Source of the DNA: Octopus vulgaris
Lineage: Eukaryota
Direction of reading: 5' to 3'
NCBI GenBank assembly: GCA_951406725.2
Contig: OX597816.1
Span: 52,080,001 to 52,144,000 of the forward strand
DNA: 64,000 bases
Shown here piece by piece: positions 46,924-60,719 of this stretch. Within the stretch, counting starts at the first letter, position 1, and every line of letters starts with the position of its first letter. A program made the position numbers and the translations under genes. Under the pieces are notes generated by a model, which saw only the letters and a list, made by a program, of their open reading frames with translations, was not told the DNA's origin and ran no database searches.

Positions 46924-47900
46924 GTAGTTACAGTAAAACTGTTTCGGCTCTGAATCGCCAGTTTTCACTTGGACAAGATCGATGGCGTGAAGTGTGGGGA
47001 CTTGTATGTTTGGTCGGTTGTGCATATAAATGCAGATAACTGGTCAAATGTGATTCATGAAGTATGTTTGTATATCTTTAATGAAAATAATACGGCATTT
47101 TAAGGATGGGAAACTGGTGAAGACAGTTCAAGGAATTGAGTAAATTTAAGTTAGTAAAAGCTGTGATCTCTTATGTATGCCTGGTTCTCTTCTGATTTTA
47201 ATTATTTAAACTCCTCCTGGGTGAAGGAGCTGGTTTATAACAAGGATACAAAGCTCCACCGCTGGAATTTAAGTAGCATATACAATGTCACATTTTAAAC
47301 TTGAGAAATGTCTTGCATATTTTTACTGTTCCACTTACAGATTGCATTTGTATTGTGCGAGTTAGTTGGTTGATTTCTTTTCTGAAAATCCAAGCATAAC
47401 CAGAGTGTCAGCTAGGCATTTACTCACAAAACCAAGGCACGCATGTTTCTATACTTGTCTGTTTCCAATACAAACAATATTGGTTATTATTGTATAGCTC
47501 ACAACTACTGGAAAGGTGAAGAAATTTGAAAGAACTGATAAAATTTTGAACAGTAAACACGGTATTCCTCTATTTGTCATTGATGAATAAACGCATGATT
47601 TCTTGAGATAAAAACAATCTGATGAGCCTAAGGATAACAGCAAGAATATTAATTTATAGAGACCGCATTTCCACAATCAAACATAGAATTTTTTTTTTGT
47701 CTTTAATTTTAATGAGAATTTTCATCCATTTAATTTGCAAAATTTATGTGTTAATAAACCTAGTTTACATTGCTTTGATTCATGCTTTCCACAGAGACCC
47801 ATTCGCTCAAATTTTTGTTTGTGACATTATGGCAGTCTTGCATATTGATTTCTTACACAACACTCGACAAGATAAATATTTGTTGCAGAGATAATATATA
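46924..47900 (-). pseudogene. Heavily decayed Penelope-like element: RT C-terminus/GIY-YIG endonuclease remnant plus downstream hammerhead remnant
   Basis: Frameshifted minus-strand fragments 'LGFSEK..LAQYK', 'ARHFSSLKCDI' and 'HPGG.N' resemble PLE endonuclease ends. GGC(..)GCC-GAAA-CAG(UUUUA)CUG-UA lies at 46924-46970. Confidence 0.45.
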
Positions 47901-48110
47901 CACCAGAGTATACATTTGGAGCTTATGTATATTAAATCAGATATAGTTGACTCCAAAGTAATTTGAACTCAGAAACTAAAGCATTTTGTCTAGCATTCCA
48001 CTATTTCTATTTCTGCTTCTATCAAAATATAGCCTTAATGCAAGAAAATATTGGTTACAGACTTTGGGACAAAACCAGTAATTTACACCACCCACATTTA
48101 TTATACATAC

Positions 48111-48164
<54 letters not shown>

Positions 48165-48372
48165 CCTCACCATGGTCACAGTTCATAAGGTGAAACTGAT
48201 TTAATTCAATATATCTATGTATATATGTATATATATATATATGTGTGTGTATATTGTGTATATTATATATATATATATATATATGTATGTATATACATAC
48301 ATGCACACACATGTATATATATATACTTATATATACATATACACATACACACATATGTATGTACCTATGTAG

Positions 48373-48437
<65 letters not shown>

Positions 48438-48544
48438 GAGAGAGCAACAAAGGTAGGTATATAAATAGATTGATAGATATCTATACAGATATACATACAT
48501 ATACAGACAGACAGACAGGTAGATTGATCGATAGATAGATAGAT

Positions 48545-48732
<188 letters not shown>

Positions 48733-50323
48733 GAGTAGACAGTTAGATTCAACTTAAGAAAATGTTATGGTTTGTTGACCTCAGAGAACGTGGCGTATCA
48801 ACTCATCGGCTCTTTTGACTATGGCTAACAATTTCGGCAAACTTCAATCTTGTTATTTCTACGCTAAACGCAGCTAAATCTATCCCATGTCGCCTTCTGC
48901 GGCCGCTTCTTTAACTACTCTGCCTTACGGGTTATTTGATTTACAATAACGCATGTTTCAAAGAAGATTTGCTCACCTTATACAGAAATGCCTACAGACT
49001 TACGCACACAGACATGAACACAGACATATGCATACCTGTATACATATACATACATGAATGCATATATGGGTGTATACATATATATACATACACACTTACA
49101 CATGTACATATACACTTGCCGCAAAGAAACACCGGTGCTTCGAAAGCTTGTAATAACTGAAAAAGAAAATCTTTCCATTACGGGAATATTTGTTTTTCTA
49201 ACATATTGCATTATTGAGCTAAGGCCTTTCTTCAAGAATCCAACGGAATCTCTAATAGGACTTATGGATAATCTCTTTTAAGAGCTGATAATTTTGATAC
49301 AAGTATACAGTCAGACACTTAGACAGGCGCCCTACTAATTCACTGTAGAAATATATATGATGCTAAAGAGTGAGACCATCAAGAATTTTAAGACCCGTTG
49401 GACTACCAGAGAGTTAAAAAAAGAACATAATCAACACTCGCAAGCGATGGAGACGTGCTGACTCTTACCATGCTCTCACGAACTGATTTTTAGGCGCCTA
49501 TTCTATATTATTCTATACTCTTATTCTATACTACCGGGTAACAAGTAACATGCTTTCTCTAGTTATCTTTGGTGCAAACTTCAATCTTGTTATTGAAGTT
49601 TGGCCAATTTCAATAACACGGATATTTTCTCCGCCATTCACAATCGGAGGAAGGGATGGTTGCAGATGATTACACAGGATCAGTAAAAGAAAGTACCATG
49701 CTCACAAATGCAACAATCTCTCCTGTCCAAGAATCGATAAGCATAATTTTTTTCCTTTATTTTTTTTGTTTTGTTTTTTGTTCTTTTTGGCAGACTTTTG
49801 CAAGCCCGTAGAAAAATTTGGAACGGATGTATTTTGCAAACACTAAGATATTCCCATCTTAAAATTAGCTAATATATATACTTTAAAGAATTTCTCATAC
49901 ATGAAATATGATCAAATATATTTATTTTAAATTTTCATCTATTCATCAATACTAAATCTTCGTCAGTAATACAAACCTTCCTTCTACTGCTTAATACGTG
50001 GACCTTAAGTACTGAAAACAGCGGATGCTGTTTCACGTGAGAGTAGATGGAAATAATATGTGGTCTGCGCAGAGAATTGACTAGGTGTATGTGTGAAATA
50101 TTTTACCGTATTTTCTTCTGCAATCAATCAAATTGCGATGTACTGTTGCAAAACAAATTGCGATGTGAACATGCAGATTTTAAAAACAATATACGCATTC
50201 TTTTTATCATTTGAATGTTTTGCGCACGTGTTAACTTGAAAGCTTACTACATAACGTAAATGTATACATACGTATATGCATAAATATATAAACATACATA
50301 TATTATATATATAGAGAGAGAGA

Positions 50324-51312
50324 GCCACGATCACAAGTTATGCAGATGATACCAAAGTCTCACAGGTGATACAGAACACTGAAGACACTATGCACCTGCA
50401 GTGTGAGCTGGATGAAAAACACAGGTGGGCTGAAAAGAATAGCGTGCAGTTTAATGCCGAAAAGTTTCTAGTCTTGTGCTATCAGCATGCAAAACTAAAT
50501 CCAATGCTAATTAACTATACTGGACCTGGATGGATTGCAATCCCAGAGACACAGTCAGTGCGAAACCTGGGCATTTACATGAGTAATGGTGCACCCTCCT
50601 ATGTGCATATTGCTAAGTTGGCAATGAAATGCAGGCGACCTAGAACTTTTAGAACAAGCAATCGGGAAACTATGATGACCCTAGAGGACACTTGTCCTAA
50701 GCCACTTTGACTATTGCTCTCAGCTATGGTCACCAACCATTGTCAAATTAATTGCAGAACTTGAGGCAATCTAACGAAGCTGCATATAAGCTACCGGGAA
50801 AGATTCAAGAGATTAAGACTATTCCTCAGAGCGTAGGCGAGAAAGATACGCTATAATATACATCTGGAAGATCCTGGAGGGACTTGTCCCAAACTTTGCC
50901 ATCGAGAGTTTCACTAATACTAGAACAGGGCGCCACTGCATAGTGCCAAGGACTCCAAATTTGTCATCAATATGTAGGACATGATAGAGCAACAGCTTAG
51001 GCTTCAGGGGACCACAGCTCTTCAATATCCTCCCGAAGGATCTGAGAGACCTGCATGGGGTGGATGAAGGTGTCTTCAAAATGAAACTGGGAATCTTACT
51101 GTTAAGTGTCCCAGATGAACCAACTTCACAGCAGGAAGTGGAGATGAGGGCAGCGGCCACAAACTCCCTCATGCACGAAATATCAATTTCTAAAAAGAAT
51201 TAGTGAAGTAAAATAATGTAGCAACACCAAATGGCGGTGCCCCAGCATGGCCACAGCTCATGAGCTGAAACTAGATCAAATCAAATCAAATCATATCAAA
51301 TCAAATCAAATC
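50324..51312 (+). mobile_element. 5'-truncated CR1-group LINE (RT C-terminus) with (ATCAA)n tail
   Basis: SYADDTKV..LQCELD..WAEKNSVQFNAEKF..VRNLGI..SHFDYCSQLWSP..ERRRERYAIIYIWKILEGLVPN..GPQLFNILPKDLR, with frameshifts and stops. Confidence 0.9.
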
Positions 51313-51380
51313 ATATATATATTTCCCCCTCGTATATAAGAATACTTATTTGTATCTATAAACATGCCTTCATGCAATCA

Positions 51381-51441
<61 letters not shown>

Positions 51442-51813
51442 TTTGAGTATCGACTCACAAAACCTAACCATATTCGTTCTGCATTAAAATATCACCGAGG
51501 TAAAGTTTTTGTTTTTCTCTGGACCTTTCTGGATCGATAAATAAAGTAGTACAATACAACCATGCCGTCTTTAGAGTTCTTTCTCTCTCTCTTGCTCTCT
51601 TTCTATTTCTCTCTCAGAAGAAGACGAAGAAAAAGAAGAAGAAGAAAGAAAACCAGAAAGAAAGAAAAGCAACGATTCAAACCTCTAAAGACATTGGAAA
51701 AGATATGTCTGCATACGTGTCTGTGTCTAAGTGTATTCTCTCTCTCTCTCTCTTTCTCCCTCTCCCTTCTCTCTAACTTTCTCTCTCCCTATATATACAT
51801 ACATATATATATA

Positions 51814-52196
51814 TGAAACACTCCATCGGTTATGACGATGAGGGTTCCGGTTGATCCGAATCAACGGAACAGCCTGCTCGTGAAATTAACGTGTACGTGG
51901 CTGAGCACTCCACAGACACGTGAACCCTTAACGTAGTTCTCGGGGATATTCAGCGTGACACAAAGAGTGACAAGGCCGGCCCTTTGAAATACAAGGTACA
52001 ACAGAAACAGGAAGTAAGAGTGAGAGAAAGTTGTGGTGAAAGAGTACAGCAGGGATCACCACCATCCCCTGCCGGAGCCTCGTGGAGCTTTTAGGTGTTT
52101 TCGCTCAATAAACACTCACAACGCCCGGTCTGGGAATCGAAACCGCGATCGTATGACCGCGAGTCCGCTGCCCTAACCACTGGGCCATTGCGCCTC

Positions 52197-52200
<4 letters not shown>
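51814..52200 (-). mobile_element. SINE family C, tail type 1, full length
   Basis: TGGAGGCGCAATGGCCCAGTGGTTAGGGCAGCGGACTCGCGGTC..GGTTTCGATTCCC on the minus strand. Confidence 0.9.
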
Positions 52201-52273
<73 letters not shown>

Positions 52274-52679
52274 ATGTATATGTATGTGTGTGTATGTATA
52301 TATATATGTATGTGTGTATGTGTATATATGTGTATATAGGGACTAGTGTGCTGGGTGTGCATGTGTGTGTGTGGATTTGTGTGTGTATGCGTGTATGTGA
52401 GTATGTGTGTATGTGTATATATATTTTTCTGTGTGTATATGTATGTGTGGTCGTGTGTGTGTATACGTGTATGCATGTGAGTGTGTGTATGTATACATAT
52501 ATGTGTATGTGTAGATATGTATATGTATGTGTAAGTGTATATATATGTATATATATATATGTGTGTGTATGTATGTGTGTATGTATATGTGTATGTTTGT
52601 ATGCGTGTGTATATATGTATACATATGTGCATAGGTATAAGTGAGAATCTCCTTATTTACCTAAAACTCTATCCCCCTT

Positions 52680-52721
<42 letters not shown>

Positions 52722-52723
52722 TT

Positions 52724-52757
<34 letters not shown>

Positions 52758-52875
52758 ATTCTTCTATCTAATTTAACACTGACTCCTTGACCACTCCCCC
52801 AAGTATGATATTTTGCGCTATGCCTACCCCCAAAAAGTTCCCCACCAACACCCCTTTAAACCTGCCTAAATGTAT

Positions 52876-52954
52876 AAATGCCAATACAATTCTTGTTAAC
52901 TAGCTTCCTGAAGATTTCTCTTGAATGAAACAGTTCTAGTCCTGTAGAAGCTCC

Positions 52955-53032
<78 letters not shown>

Positions 53033-53232
53033 TTTAATTTATTATATAGAAGGAGCTTCTACAGGACTAGAACTGTTTCATTCAAGAGAAATCTTCAGGA
53101 AGCTAGTTAACAAGAATTGTATTGGTATTGAAAATGCCAATACAATTCTTGTTAACTAGCTTCCTGAAGATTTCTCTTGAATGAAACAGTTCTAGTCCTG
53201 TAGAAGCTCCTTCTATATAATAAATTAATTTT
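52876..53232. mobile_element. Penelope-like pseudo-LTR cluster: three copies (+,-,+) of an ~85-95 bp unit around (TA)n, each with a type I hammerhead motif
   Basis: AGCUUC-CUGAAGA-U-UUC(UCUU)GAA-U-GAAA-CAG(UUCUAGUC)CUG-UA-GAAGCU at 52902-52952(+), 53054-53104(-) and 53158-53208(+). Copies 2 and 3 form a palindrome centred near 53131. Confidence 0.78.
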
Positions 53233-53291
53233 ACTCTGCTATGTATTGAGTACCTTATTTACTGTGGTTAACCCCGAATCAACCCGGGACC

Positions 53292-53327
<36 letters not shown>

Positions 53328-54162
53328 ACATATATGATATATGCACACACACACATATACATATATATATGTATATATATATACATATATATATTTATGT
53401 GTGTGTCTGTGTGCGTGTATGTATGTCACATATATGTGTGTGTGTGTGCGTATACACGCGCACCTATGTATGTATGTATCAACATTTAGATAGATATAGA
53501 GACACAAGAAGGATAAGTAAGGCGCAAAGGGAGATTCCAGCATAGCTCTGAGATAGAGCACAACTGTTCTTCTGAATCCAGCACATAATTGTTTACTTTG
53601 TTTTGCTTTCCATTTTATATTTGAATTCCACTTACTTTATCGGCTACTCACATTGTCTCTCTCTTACGGCATTAACTACATTTCCACCACCAAACTAAAT
53701 GCTACAATACAAATGCCACTTGTCGATGTGCACTTATATATAACCACTAAACTCTATTTCTATGCAATTGTATTTTACTCTCACCCATCAGCTAAAGAAA
53801 ACATCTATTCAGAATAAATTAATGACGAGAATGTATCATTTTGATACAAATTCTAAGCTCTGTTCTATAGACTACCTTTAAGCTTTTGTGGCATAGAAAA
53901 ATTGTATATAATCCGCAAATGCATCGTGATATTCAGGACTATCCAAGCAAAAATAGTAAAAATATTATGCCTGTGCTACTGAGGTCTATCGTTCTTTATT
54001 TTCAGATGACATCGTACTGTTGTTCATCGGTTCGCATTTGGACGGTTCTAGCAGCATAACAGTTTTTCGATGAGATAGGTTTGTTAAGCCATCTTTCGGT
54101 TCAATCTATCCCCCCCACTCATGGTCACATGGACATTGTGAGTCGGCGTTTACTAACACCAA

Positions 54163-54762
54163 AAGAAGAAGGAGGTGGAGGAGGAGGCGGAGGAGGAGGA
54201 GAAGAAGAAGAAGAAGAAGAAGAAGAAGAAGAAGATGAAAAAGAAGAAGAAGAAGAAAAAGAAGAAAAAGAAGAAAAAGAAGAAGGCGGAGGAGGAGGAG
54301 GAGGAGAGGAGGAGGAGGAGGAGAAGAACAAGAAGAAGAAGAAGAAGGAGAAGAAGAAGAAGAAGAAGAAGAAGAAGAAGAAAAAGAAAAAGAAGAAAAA
54401 GAAGAAGAAAAAGAAGAAGGCGGATGAGGAGGAGGAGGTGGATGAGGAGAAGAAGAAGAAGAAGAAGAAGAAGAAGAAGAAGACGACGACGACGAAGAAG
54501 AAGAAGAAGGAGGAGGAGGAGGAGGAGAAGAAGAAGAAGAAGAAGAAGAAGCAGAAGAAGAAGAAGGAGGAGGAGGAGAAGAGAAGAAGAAGAAGAAGAA
54601 GAAGAAGAAGAAGAAGGAGGAGGAGGTGGATGAGGAGAAGAAGAAGAAGAAGAAGACGACGACGACGACGAAGAAGAAGAAGGAGGAGAAGAAGAAGAAG
54701 AAGAAGAAGAAGAAGAAGAAGAAGAAGAAGAAGAAGAAGAAGAAGAAGAAGAAGAAGAAGAG
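54163..54762. repeat. Polypurine (GAA/GGA)n tract
   Basis: Directly visible; ~600 bp of almost pure purines on the + strand. Confidence 0.96.
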
Positions 54763-56731
54763 ACTCAAGCACATAATCGACTCCTCTCGCCATTTCCGTC
54801 AGTAACAGATTTGTAAATTTGTCATCGGGGAATTCAGGTTTTGTAGTTAATCGCTCGTAACTTAGTAAAAAGCAATTAATTATGTTGAGGTCCCATCGTA
54901 ATTGAATTTATCAGTTCCTGTACTTGACGTATGAGAGTGGCGAGATTTGAACTCAGGACATAAATAGACTTTACCTTTCATCCTTTCGGAGTCGATAATG
55001 AAGCAGCAGTTGCGGAATGGGGGCGATCTAGTCGACTGACCTCACCCCCGCCAAATATTTCAGGCCTTGTACCTAGAGTAGAAAAGAATATTTTATATAC
55101 ACCATTGACATAACATAATGGTGTATATTTTATATACACCATTTACATGAACATAATCTTAATTCATAACCTTTAGCATGATTGAATTATATCCCATGTT
55201 CATCTGACATTTCTTCTAAGTCCAATTAATTGAGTAGTTTTTGGTATGCTATTCACTGCCGACTTAAAAAAAAAGAAAACAAGAAAAGAATATAATTAAT
55301 AAATCAGTTCTGAGTATAATTATAATATGAAGACGTGGCGGTCATGACCGAAATATCAGTCAAATAATATGCGAACAATCACTTCTTAAAGATCTAGGGC
55401 TGCACTTAAATGTGCAAAAATCTTTTCCCGTGGAACATCTCATGATCACGACCAGCAATCAATCTCGCAGCAAGTTAACACAATGCTTGTCATTTTAGAG
55501 TTTCCCTACCTCTTGGCAGACAAATGGACGTGGTGAATGGAAGTTTAGTGTCTTTGGCAGAGATACAGTATACATCTATTGACATTATACCAACTTAAAC
55601 AACCGCAATTCTATTCATATATCTGCTGATCCAAATACTACATGAGATTCTCCAATTTATGGCTGTAAAATTTCTTCGTTTCGCTTTTCTTATAAAATAT
55701 TGACTATATTATTCTGCTTTCCTCAGCAGCACTAAGAAACCTATAAGTATTCAGAATTACATCCTTTCATTTCATAAAAGTAGATTTGATTTATCAAAGG
55801 AAAAACATATACATAAACATCATATGGTGTGTATAGGAAATAAGGGAGAACATCTTATAAAATCTCTTTACAAATCAATAGCTATTAAATTATATATGTA
55901 TATGTATGCATATATATGTGTGCCTGTGTATATATATATGCATGAATATGTATGTGAGTATGTATATATATATACGCACACAAAAACACATGCATACATA
56001 TATGCATACATTCACGTAAATTAAAGGAAAGATTAGAATGTGAAGTTTATTAAAACTAACCGAATTTTAATCAATATGTTTGCTTAAGTATTTGTATCAT
56101 TGTTTAATAATTAATGTGATATTAATTAATGTTATAAATAGGGTTTGTATATTCGTGTTTAGGAAGCAAACATGTAAGCTATTATTTCTATTCATGTAGC
56201 TGTTATTGAATTAAATTATGGCATTTTCATTATTCGTTGTCAGCGATTATTATTCCTAAAATCTACATGGTTATTAATTAATTTTTCTGGTAATATTGTA
56301 TCGAGCCTGAAAGGAATGACTTGAGAACTCGGCCACTGTGTTATTTGATTTCTTATGTAAAAAGAAATGAGATTAAGAAAAGCAAGCCAGTTATCCGTCG
56401 TTCTCCAATATCCACCTAACTACAGTTGATAATTGGTGTGATGTCATTCATATTAGCTAGATAGGTTTCAAATTTTGGGCGTAAATCGATTACATCGATC
56501 CCCAGGGCTCGACTGAACTTATTTTATCGACCCCAAATGATGTAAGGTAAAGTCAACCTGAGAACAATTTGAACTCAGACGTAAGGATGCATGAAATGCC
56601 GCTAAGAATTTTGCCCGGTGTGCTAACGATTCTGCCAGCGCGCGGCTTTATAAACATGAGCAATATTTCCACCAAAAAGGGTAAGATGTGTGGAGCAGTA
56701 GTAGTAGTAGTAGTAGTAGTAGTTGTTGTAA

Positions 56732-56771
<40 letters not shown>

Positions 56772-56772
<1 letters not shown>

Positions 56773-59000
56773 TTTTCATTATCATCTTCTTTCAGTTTTG
56801 TTTCCATTTCTTACCGAGTGTCTTCCTGACACCTATGGCAGAGAAACTCACGGTGTACATTGGTAGCCTATTAACGTAAACACACTTGATTGTTCATTTA
56901 CGGAGTCATGTGATAGAGAAAAAGAGGAAGAAAGACAGAGAGAAAAAAGAAAAAGAAAAAATATAAAAAATAAACAAAGAAAATAAAGGGGATTAATTCA
57001 ATCTCATCATTGCAGTATCGACACTTTGGGTCTACTCCATTTATCATCACATGGCTTGATATTTCCGGGTCAGTAAGCTCTGATATTGAGCAGCCAAGAC
57101 AAAGCCTAGCCCTGAGGTTCGTAGCCACAGATGAGTGTGCTTCTGGTCTACACTACCGGTCACATATTTGACATGCAGAGGTTTTTATTCCAACCTATCA
57201 GCCAATTGCTCAAGCGCATTTTGCTTTGCTATTGACCTCACCTTCTTTGCAACTACACTATAATTGCCGCACTTCAATTATGCTGTTCAACCTGGGTATT
57301 ATGCATAAACTCACTAGCAAATTTCTTGCTCTCCATAACAGAATGAAGCTCTTACGTCCCTCTTGGTTTTGAACGAGCTTTAGTAGTATATTCTTTTTTG
57401 TTGTTCTATATCTTCTTCCAGAACTCTTCCATTTCCTCAGTCTTGGGTGGCTCCTTTACTTCTATCTTAATTTTGCCAATTTCCTTATAAAATTTCTTTG
57501 CATCCGTTTCGAATATCTTTTTTGTCGATAAAATCTGATTTGTTTGTCATACCTACTAAGCCGCTGGGCTTTCAGTTGTATTCGTGGTTTCAATTGTTCC
57601 TTGGTTGCAAGGAGGTTTATAAAATCTTCGATTTTATATTTTTGCTTGATTTTTCTAGCTCGTTTCGTTTTAACATTTACTCTTCTAGTAAATTCATCGA
57701 GAAATGATATATCTCCCCGCAGAGATTCGATCTCTTTTTGTATTGCTACTTTCTACTTAGGGGGTCTATTGACATAGTTGGTCCTTTTCTGTGTCGAATA
57801 AATGAAGTTATTTAATGTTGTTAGGTCATTTCCCTTATTACTTAAGATCTGTCTAAGAGCAAGATTATATATTATGATTATGCTGTTGATTTTTTTATGT
57901 TGTTTGAGAACTTTGCCAGTGGTTCCTCTATTGATGATGTTAGTAGACTCAGTCTTGCTGAGTTCTCTTCTTTTGCTTCTATGATATTCACTTTATCATT
58001 CACTTCAGATTCTGTCATACCTATTCTGGTGTTGTTGAGGTAGGTCTACTTTCTCTTTTTCCGCATATCTGCTCTTCGCTATTCTTTCTTCATCCTCCTC
58101 GTTGGGATTTACTGCTCGTACACTGGGTTCTGTGCATCTGTTACCTATTTCATATGCATTGATGCTGTTTTCATTTGGTCTACCATGAGATATTTATGTC
58201 CTAATTTGGCTAATTTCAGCGTCAGCTAACATTTTATTCCTAATGATGATCCCTACGTACGTTACTTAGTTTTTTGTCATATGTATATATATCTGCGTAT
58301 AAGGTGCCGAGCTGGCAGAAACGTTAGCATGTCGGGCGAAATGCGTAGCCGTATTTCGTCTGCCGTTACGTTCTGAGTTCAAATTCCGCCGAGGTCGACT
58401 TTGCCTTTCATCCTTTCGGGGTCGATAAATTAAGTACCAGTTACGCACTGGGATCGATGTAATCGACTTAATTCGTTTGTCTGTCCTTGTTTGTCCCCTC
58501 TGTGTGTAGCCCCTTGTGGGTAAAAAAGAAACATATATATATCTGCGTACTTCATTGCTTACTAACTTTCTCCAGGAAATGTAAGTTCGTACTACGAGTT
58601 TATTTACTGGGTTTAGTTGGGCTGTATAGAAAGCTTTCAACACATCTCTATAATCCTCTCTAGACTATTTTATGCGTTTTGCTTTAAATGATAGTTTTAG
58701 TGGCATCATTACAGGCCAAGGTTTAGGGTTATCCTGGTTCTGGTTACCAAGTAAATCATTTTTTAGAGATTGTGTTCCAGCAGCAGAGTTTTCGAACCCA
58801 GTCGTTTCCCCACTGAGTAACGCGGACCTTGTTGTCCCGGATGATGACCGATCCGGTGAGAGTTTTAGTGAGTTAAAGCATTGACAATGACAATAGGAGA
58901 CAGGTATGTTTGTTCAGAGTTGACTTTTTGACATGACACCGTTAACTTGTTCTTCGAATGAATCTGTTTATCATATCGTAGGCAGATAGATCGAAAATAG
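56772..59000 (-). mobile_element. Decayed, internally deleted Dong/R4-clade element (N-terminal and pre-RT regions, post-RT/zinc knuckle, 3' UTR of subfamily A type)
   Basis: Fragments 'SREDYRDVLKAFYTA', 'LKAQRLSRYDKQIRFYRQ..IFETDAKKFYKEIG..EEFWKKI' and 'VDQKHTHLWLRTSGL..GFVLAAQYQSLLTRKYQ..DPKCRYC'. The 3' end at 56775-56850 resembles 6180-6245. The 5' boundary is uncertain. Confidence 0.8.
58300..58533 (+). mobile_element. Full-length SINE family A with 16-bp target site duplication
   Basis: TSD TATATATATCTGCGTA at 58284-58299 and 58534-58549. It is inserted inside the decayed Dong element. Confidence 0.92.
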
Positions 59001-59184
59001 CATTTTTCTTTTTCTTTTTTTTTTTTTTTTTGGTGGCTATGTTTCCCGGAATAACTAATTGGTTATGTTTTTGTATTAGTTTGTGGAGAGTCGCTTTGTT
59101 TTTGTTTGTGTTTAGTACGGCGTGGCTCGCGACACGTATTTTTTCTTTTTTTCCGTGTGTGTCGTTTAGGCATTATTCTTTTTC

Positions 59185-59745
59185 AGCTACAGGCACAAGG
59201 CCTGGAATTTGTGGTGAGGGTGATAGTCGATCACATCGATCACAGTACTAGACTAGTACTTAATTTATCGACCCCGAAAGAATAAGAGGTAAAGTCAACC
59301 TCGGCGGAATTTGAACTCAGCACATAGCAGCAGGCAAAATACCTATTTCTTTACTACCCACAAAGGGCTAAGCACAGAGAGGACAAACAAGGACAGAGAA
59401 ACGGATTAAGTCGATTACATCGACCCCAGTGCGTAACTGGTACTTAATTTATCGACCCCGAAAGGATGAAAGACAAAGTCGACCTCGGCGGAATTTGAAC
59501 TCAGAACGTAACGGCAGACGAAATACCTATTTCTTTATTACCCACAAGGGGCTACACACAGAGGAGACAAACGGATTAAGTCGATTACATCGACTCCAGT
59601 GCGTAACTGGTACTTAATTTCTCGACCCCGAAAGAATAAGAGGTAAAGTCAACCTCGGCGGAATTTGAACTCACAACGTAACAGCAGACGAAATACCGCT
59701 AAGCATTTCGCCCGGAGTGCTAACGCTTCTGCCAGTTCGTTGCCA
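59185..59745 (-). mobile_element. Head-to-tail trimer of SINE family A
   Basis: Three repeats of ATCGAC/TCGACCCCGAAAG..CTCGGCGGAATTTGAACTCA. Junctions fall at the shared AAATACC (near 59340 and 59525). Confidence 0.87.
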
Positions 59746-60110
59746 AATGTAGGCATTATTTCTGTTGCTTATAAATATTAACATGTGTACATGGATGCGT
59801 GGACAGTTGCATGTATAGGCAACTATTCAAACTACGTACTTACTCTGTAAGTGGTGTTTTTTCCAGGTTTTCTTGTGCTGTTTTTGTTTCTCGCGTACGC
59901 TGCTTTGAGATATCATGCACTTAAGAAAGAAACTACACTTTACATAACAAAAATCTTTCCAGTTTTTTAGTTCCTCTGCTTAAACAAAACTTTTTCCTCG
60001 GTTGTATTGCAAAGTTTTCCTTAAATCGCACTGATTTTACTGGATTGAGTTTGTTTTGTGAAGAGAACTTCTTAATGTATGTCCGTGTTGTTCTTTAGCC
60101 CGGAGCCATA

Positions 60111-60165
<55 letters not shown>

Positions 60166-60252
60166 CATTATTATTATTGTTATTGTTGTTATTGTTGTTG
60201 TTGTTGTTGTTATTGTTGTTGTTGTTGTTGTTGTTGTGGTTGTTGTTGTTAT

Positions 60253-60590
60253 TCAGTTGTCCTATTTCTATCCCGTGCTTTAACTATACTAACGACGCTG
60301 CTCTGTGTGCCTTGGGTATGTGCTGTGGTTTGTTGTGGTGCTCTTATTTTCACTGTATTGAAAGTGTTTTACGTAAGATGTGTGCGGTGCCTAGTAGTGC
60401 TATTTTCTGTATGTTATATATACTTGTAAGTCCTGATATTTTTGTTACGTATCTGTCTGAATGTCTTTTTTCATCATCCCTAATGCGCCTACCATAATAG
60501 AAATAGTTTATGTTTTTAGTCTCTACATTCGAGTTATCTATATTTCCAGATCTTTGTATTTTGAAAGTTTTTCCGTTTCTTTTAGAGAAA
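60253..60590 (-). mobile_element. 5'-truncated, frameshifted Dong/R4-clade element, subfamily B
   Basis: SLKETEKLSKYKDLEI and YNIQKIALLGTAHILRKTLSIQ*. The 3' UTR resembles 13658-13755 and abuts the (TTA/TTG)n tract. Confidence 0.88.
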
Positions 60591-60719
60591 GATTGTAATT
60601 TTTTCGTAGATGGAAACTGAAATAAATCCCGTTGTATATGTACATATACGTGTGTGTATGTATGCATGTGTGTGTGCGTGCGTGCGCGCGCAAACCCGGG
60701 GGTGTATCAGGTACTGAAG

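Noticed and set aside
54081-54793. Long Glu/Lys/Arg-rich ORFs
   Set aside because: Pure (GAA/GGA)n tract, open in several frames on both strands.
59185-59745. CRISPR-like repeat-spacer array
   Set aside because: Eukaryotic context; the units are tandem SINE copies with no unique spacers.
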